From Octopus bimaculoides (Eukaryota), in assembly GCF_001194135.2 (NCBI RefSeq), contig NC_068992.1:19556838-19620837 (forward strand): a stretch of 64,000 nucleotides of DNA. The letters are read 5' to 3'. Below are positions 63,516 to 64,000 of this stretch, in pieces (position 1 is the first letter of the stretch; every line of letters starts with the position of its first letter). The notes beneath the pieces are model-generated. The model did not search any database. It was not told the DNA's origin and worked only from the letters and a program-made list of their open reading frames with translations. The position numbers and the translations under genes are program-made.

Positions 63516-63874
63516 CTGTGAAAAGGGTTTTAAAAGCCATTTATGTCAATTAGTCGGAGCTCAATGGGAGGTCTCACGGCTTTAAACCGTGACCTGTTGC
63601 TTGTAATATAATACAGATCCATTAAGTATACCTTGTTCAGATATACAAACTGCGAAATGATACTCCACAAACGTGTATAGGCAATCCAAATACATGCAAA
63701 TACGCACAAACATACAATTCTATATACATACACTCACATACATATACATGCGCATTTCTATATACATACATACATACAAACAGACAAACAGACAGTTATA
63801 CAAACAAAGAGAGAGACAAGCAAATAGACAAGCACACAAACAGATAGATAGACAGACAGACAACTAGTCACACT

Positions 63875-63875
<1 letters not shown>

Positions 63876-63940
<65 letters not shown>

Positions 63941-63966
63941 CAGACAGATAGATAACAGACAGACAG

Positions 63967-64000
<34 letters not shown>
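63876..64000. repeat. (GATA)n, (GACA)n and (TA)n microsatellites
   Basis: Direct observation. Confidence 0.97.

Noticed and set aside
141-63867. Most ORFs in the six-frame track (poly-X, HT/CV/YI/LS/poly-E/poly-L peptides)
   Set aside because: They are read-through of N gaps or translations of di-, tri- and tetranucleotide repeats.
1-64000. CRISPR arrays, rRNA and genuine tRNA genes
   Set aside because: No regularly spaced repeat-spacer array and no rRNA-like sequence. tRNA-like A/B boxes all continue into SINE bodies and lack a full cloverleaf.

Overview
AT-rich, repeat-dominated eukaryotic DNA with 15 N-gaps totalling about 6.4 kb. The gaps are mostly flanked by (TA)n or other microsatellites. 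The SINE repertoire and microsatellite density point to an octopus genome; this is inference from recalled family motifs, not a database result. No host protein-coding gene can be confidently identified. Nearly all ORFs in the track are artefacts of gaps or simple repeats. The window holds about 30 tRNA-derived SINE copies or fragments in three groups, under my working names. SINE-M has a Meta-domain-like core. SINE-A1 to A4 share heads, a CORE-like middle or tails in different combinations. SINE-C carries an internal microsatellite. Also present are decayed non-LTR retrotransposons (an R4/Dong-like RLE element with a (TAA)n tail, and RTE-like fragments), a near-complete decayed Tc1/mariner element, three MITEs and DINE/HINE-like fragments. 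Best leads: (1) a direct-plus-inverted repeat cassette at 25.56-26.16 kb enclosing a type I hammerhead-ribozyme-like core (Penelope/retrozyme-like), with a second decayed hammerhead-like core at 36.7 kb; (2) two SINE dimers with the same tail-to-head junction, each inside a single 19-bp target-site duplication; (3) fold-back structures that could form dsRNA, including a 75-bp inverted repeat pair around a candidate 54-nt exon. All alignments were done by eye.
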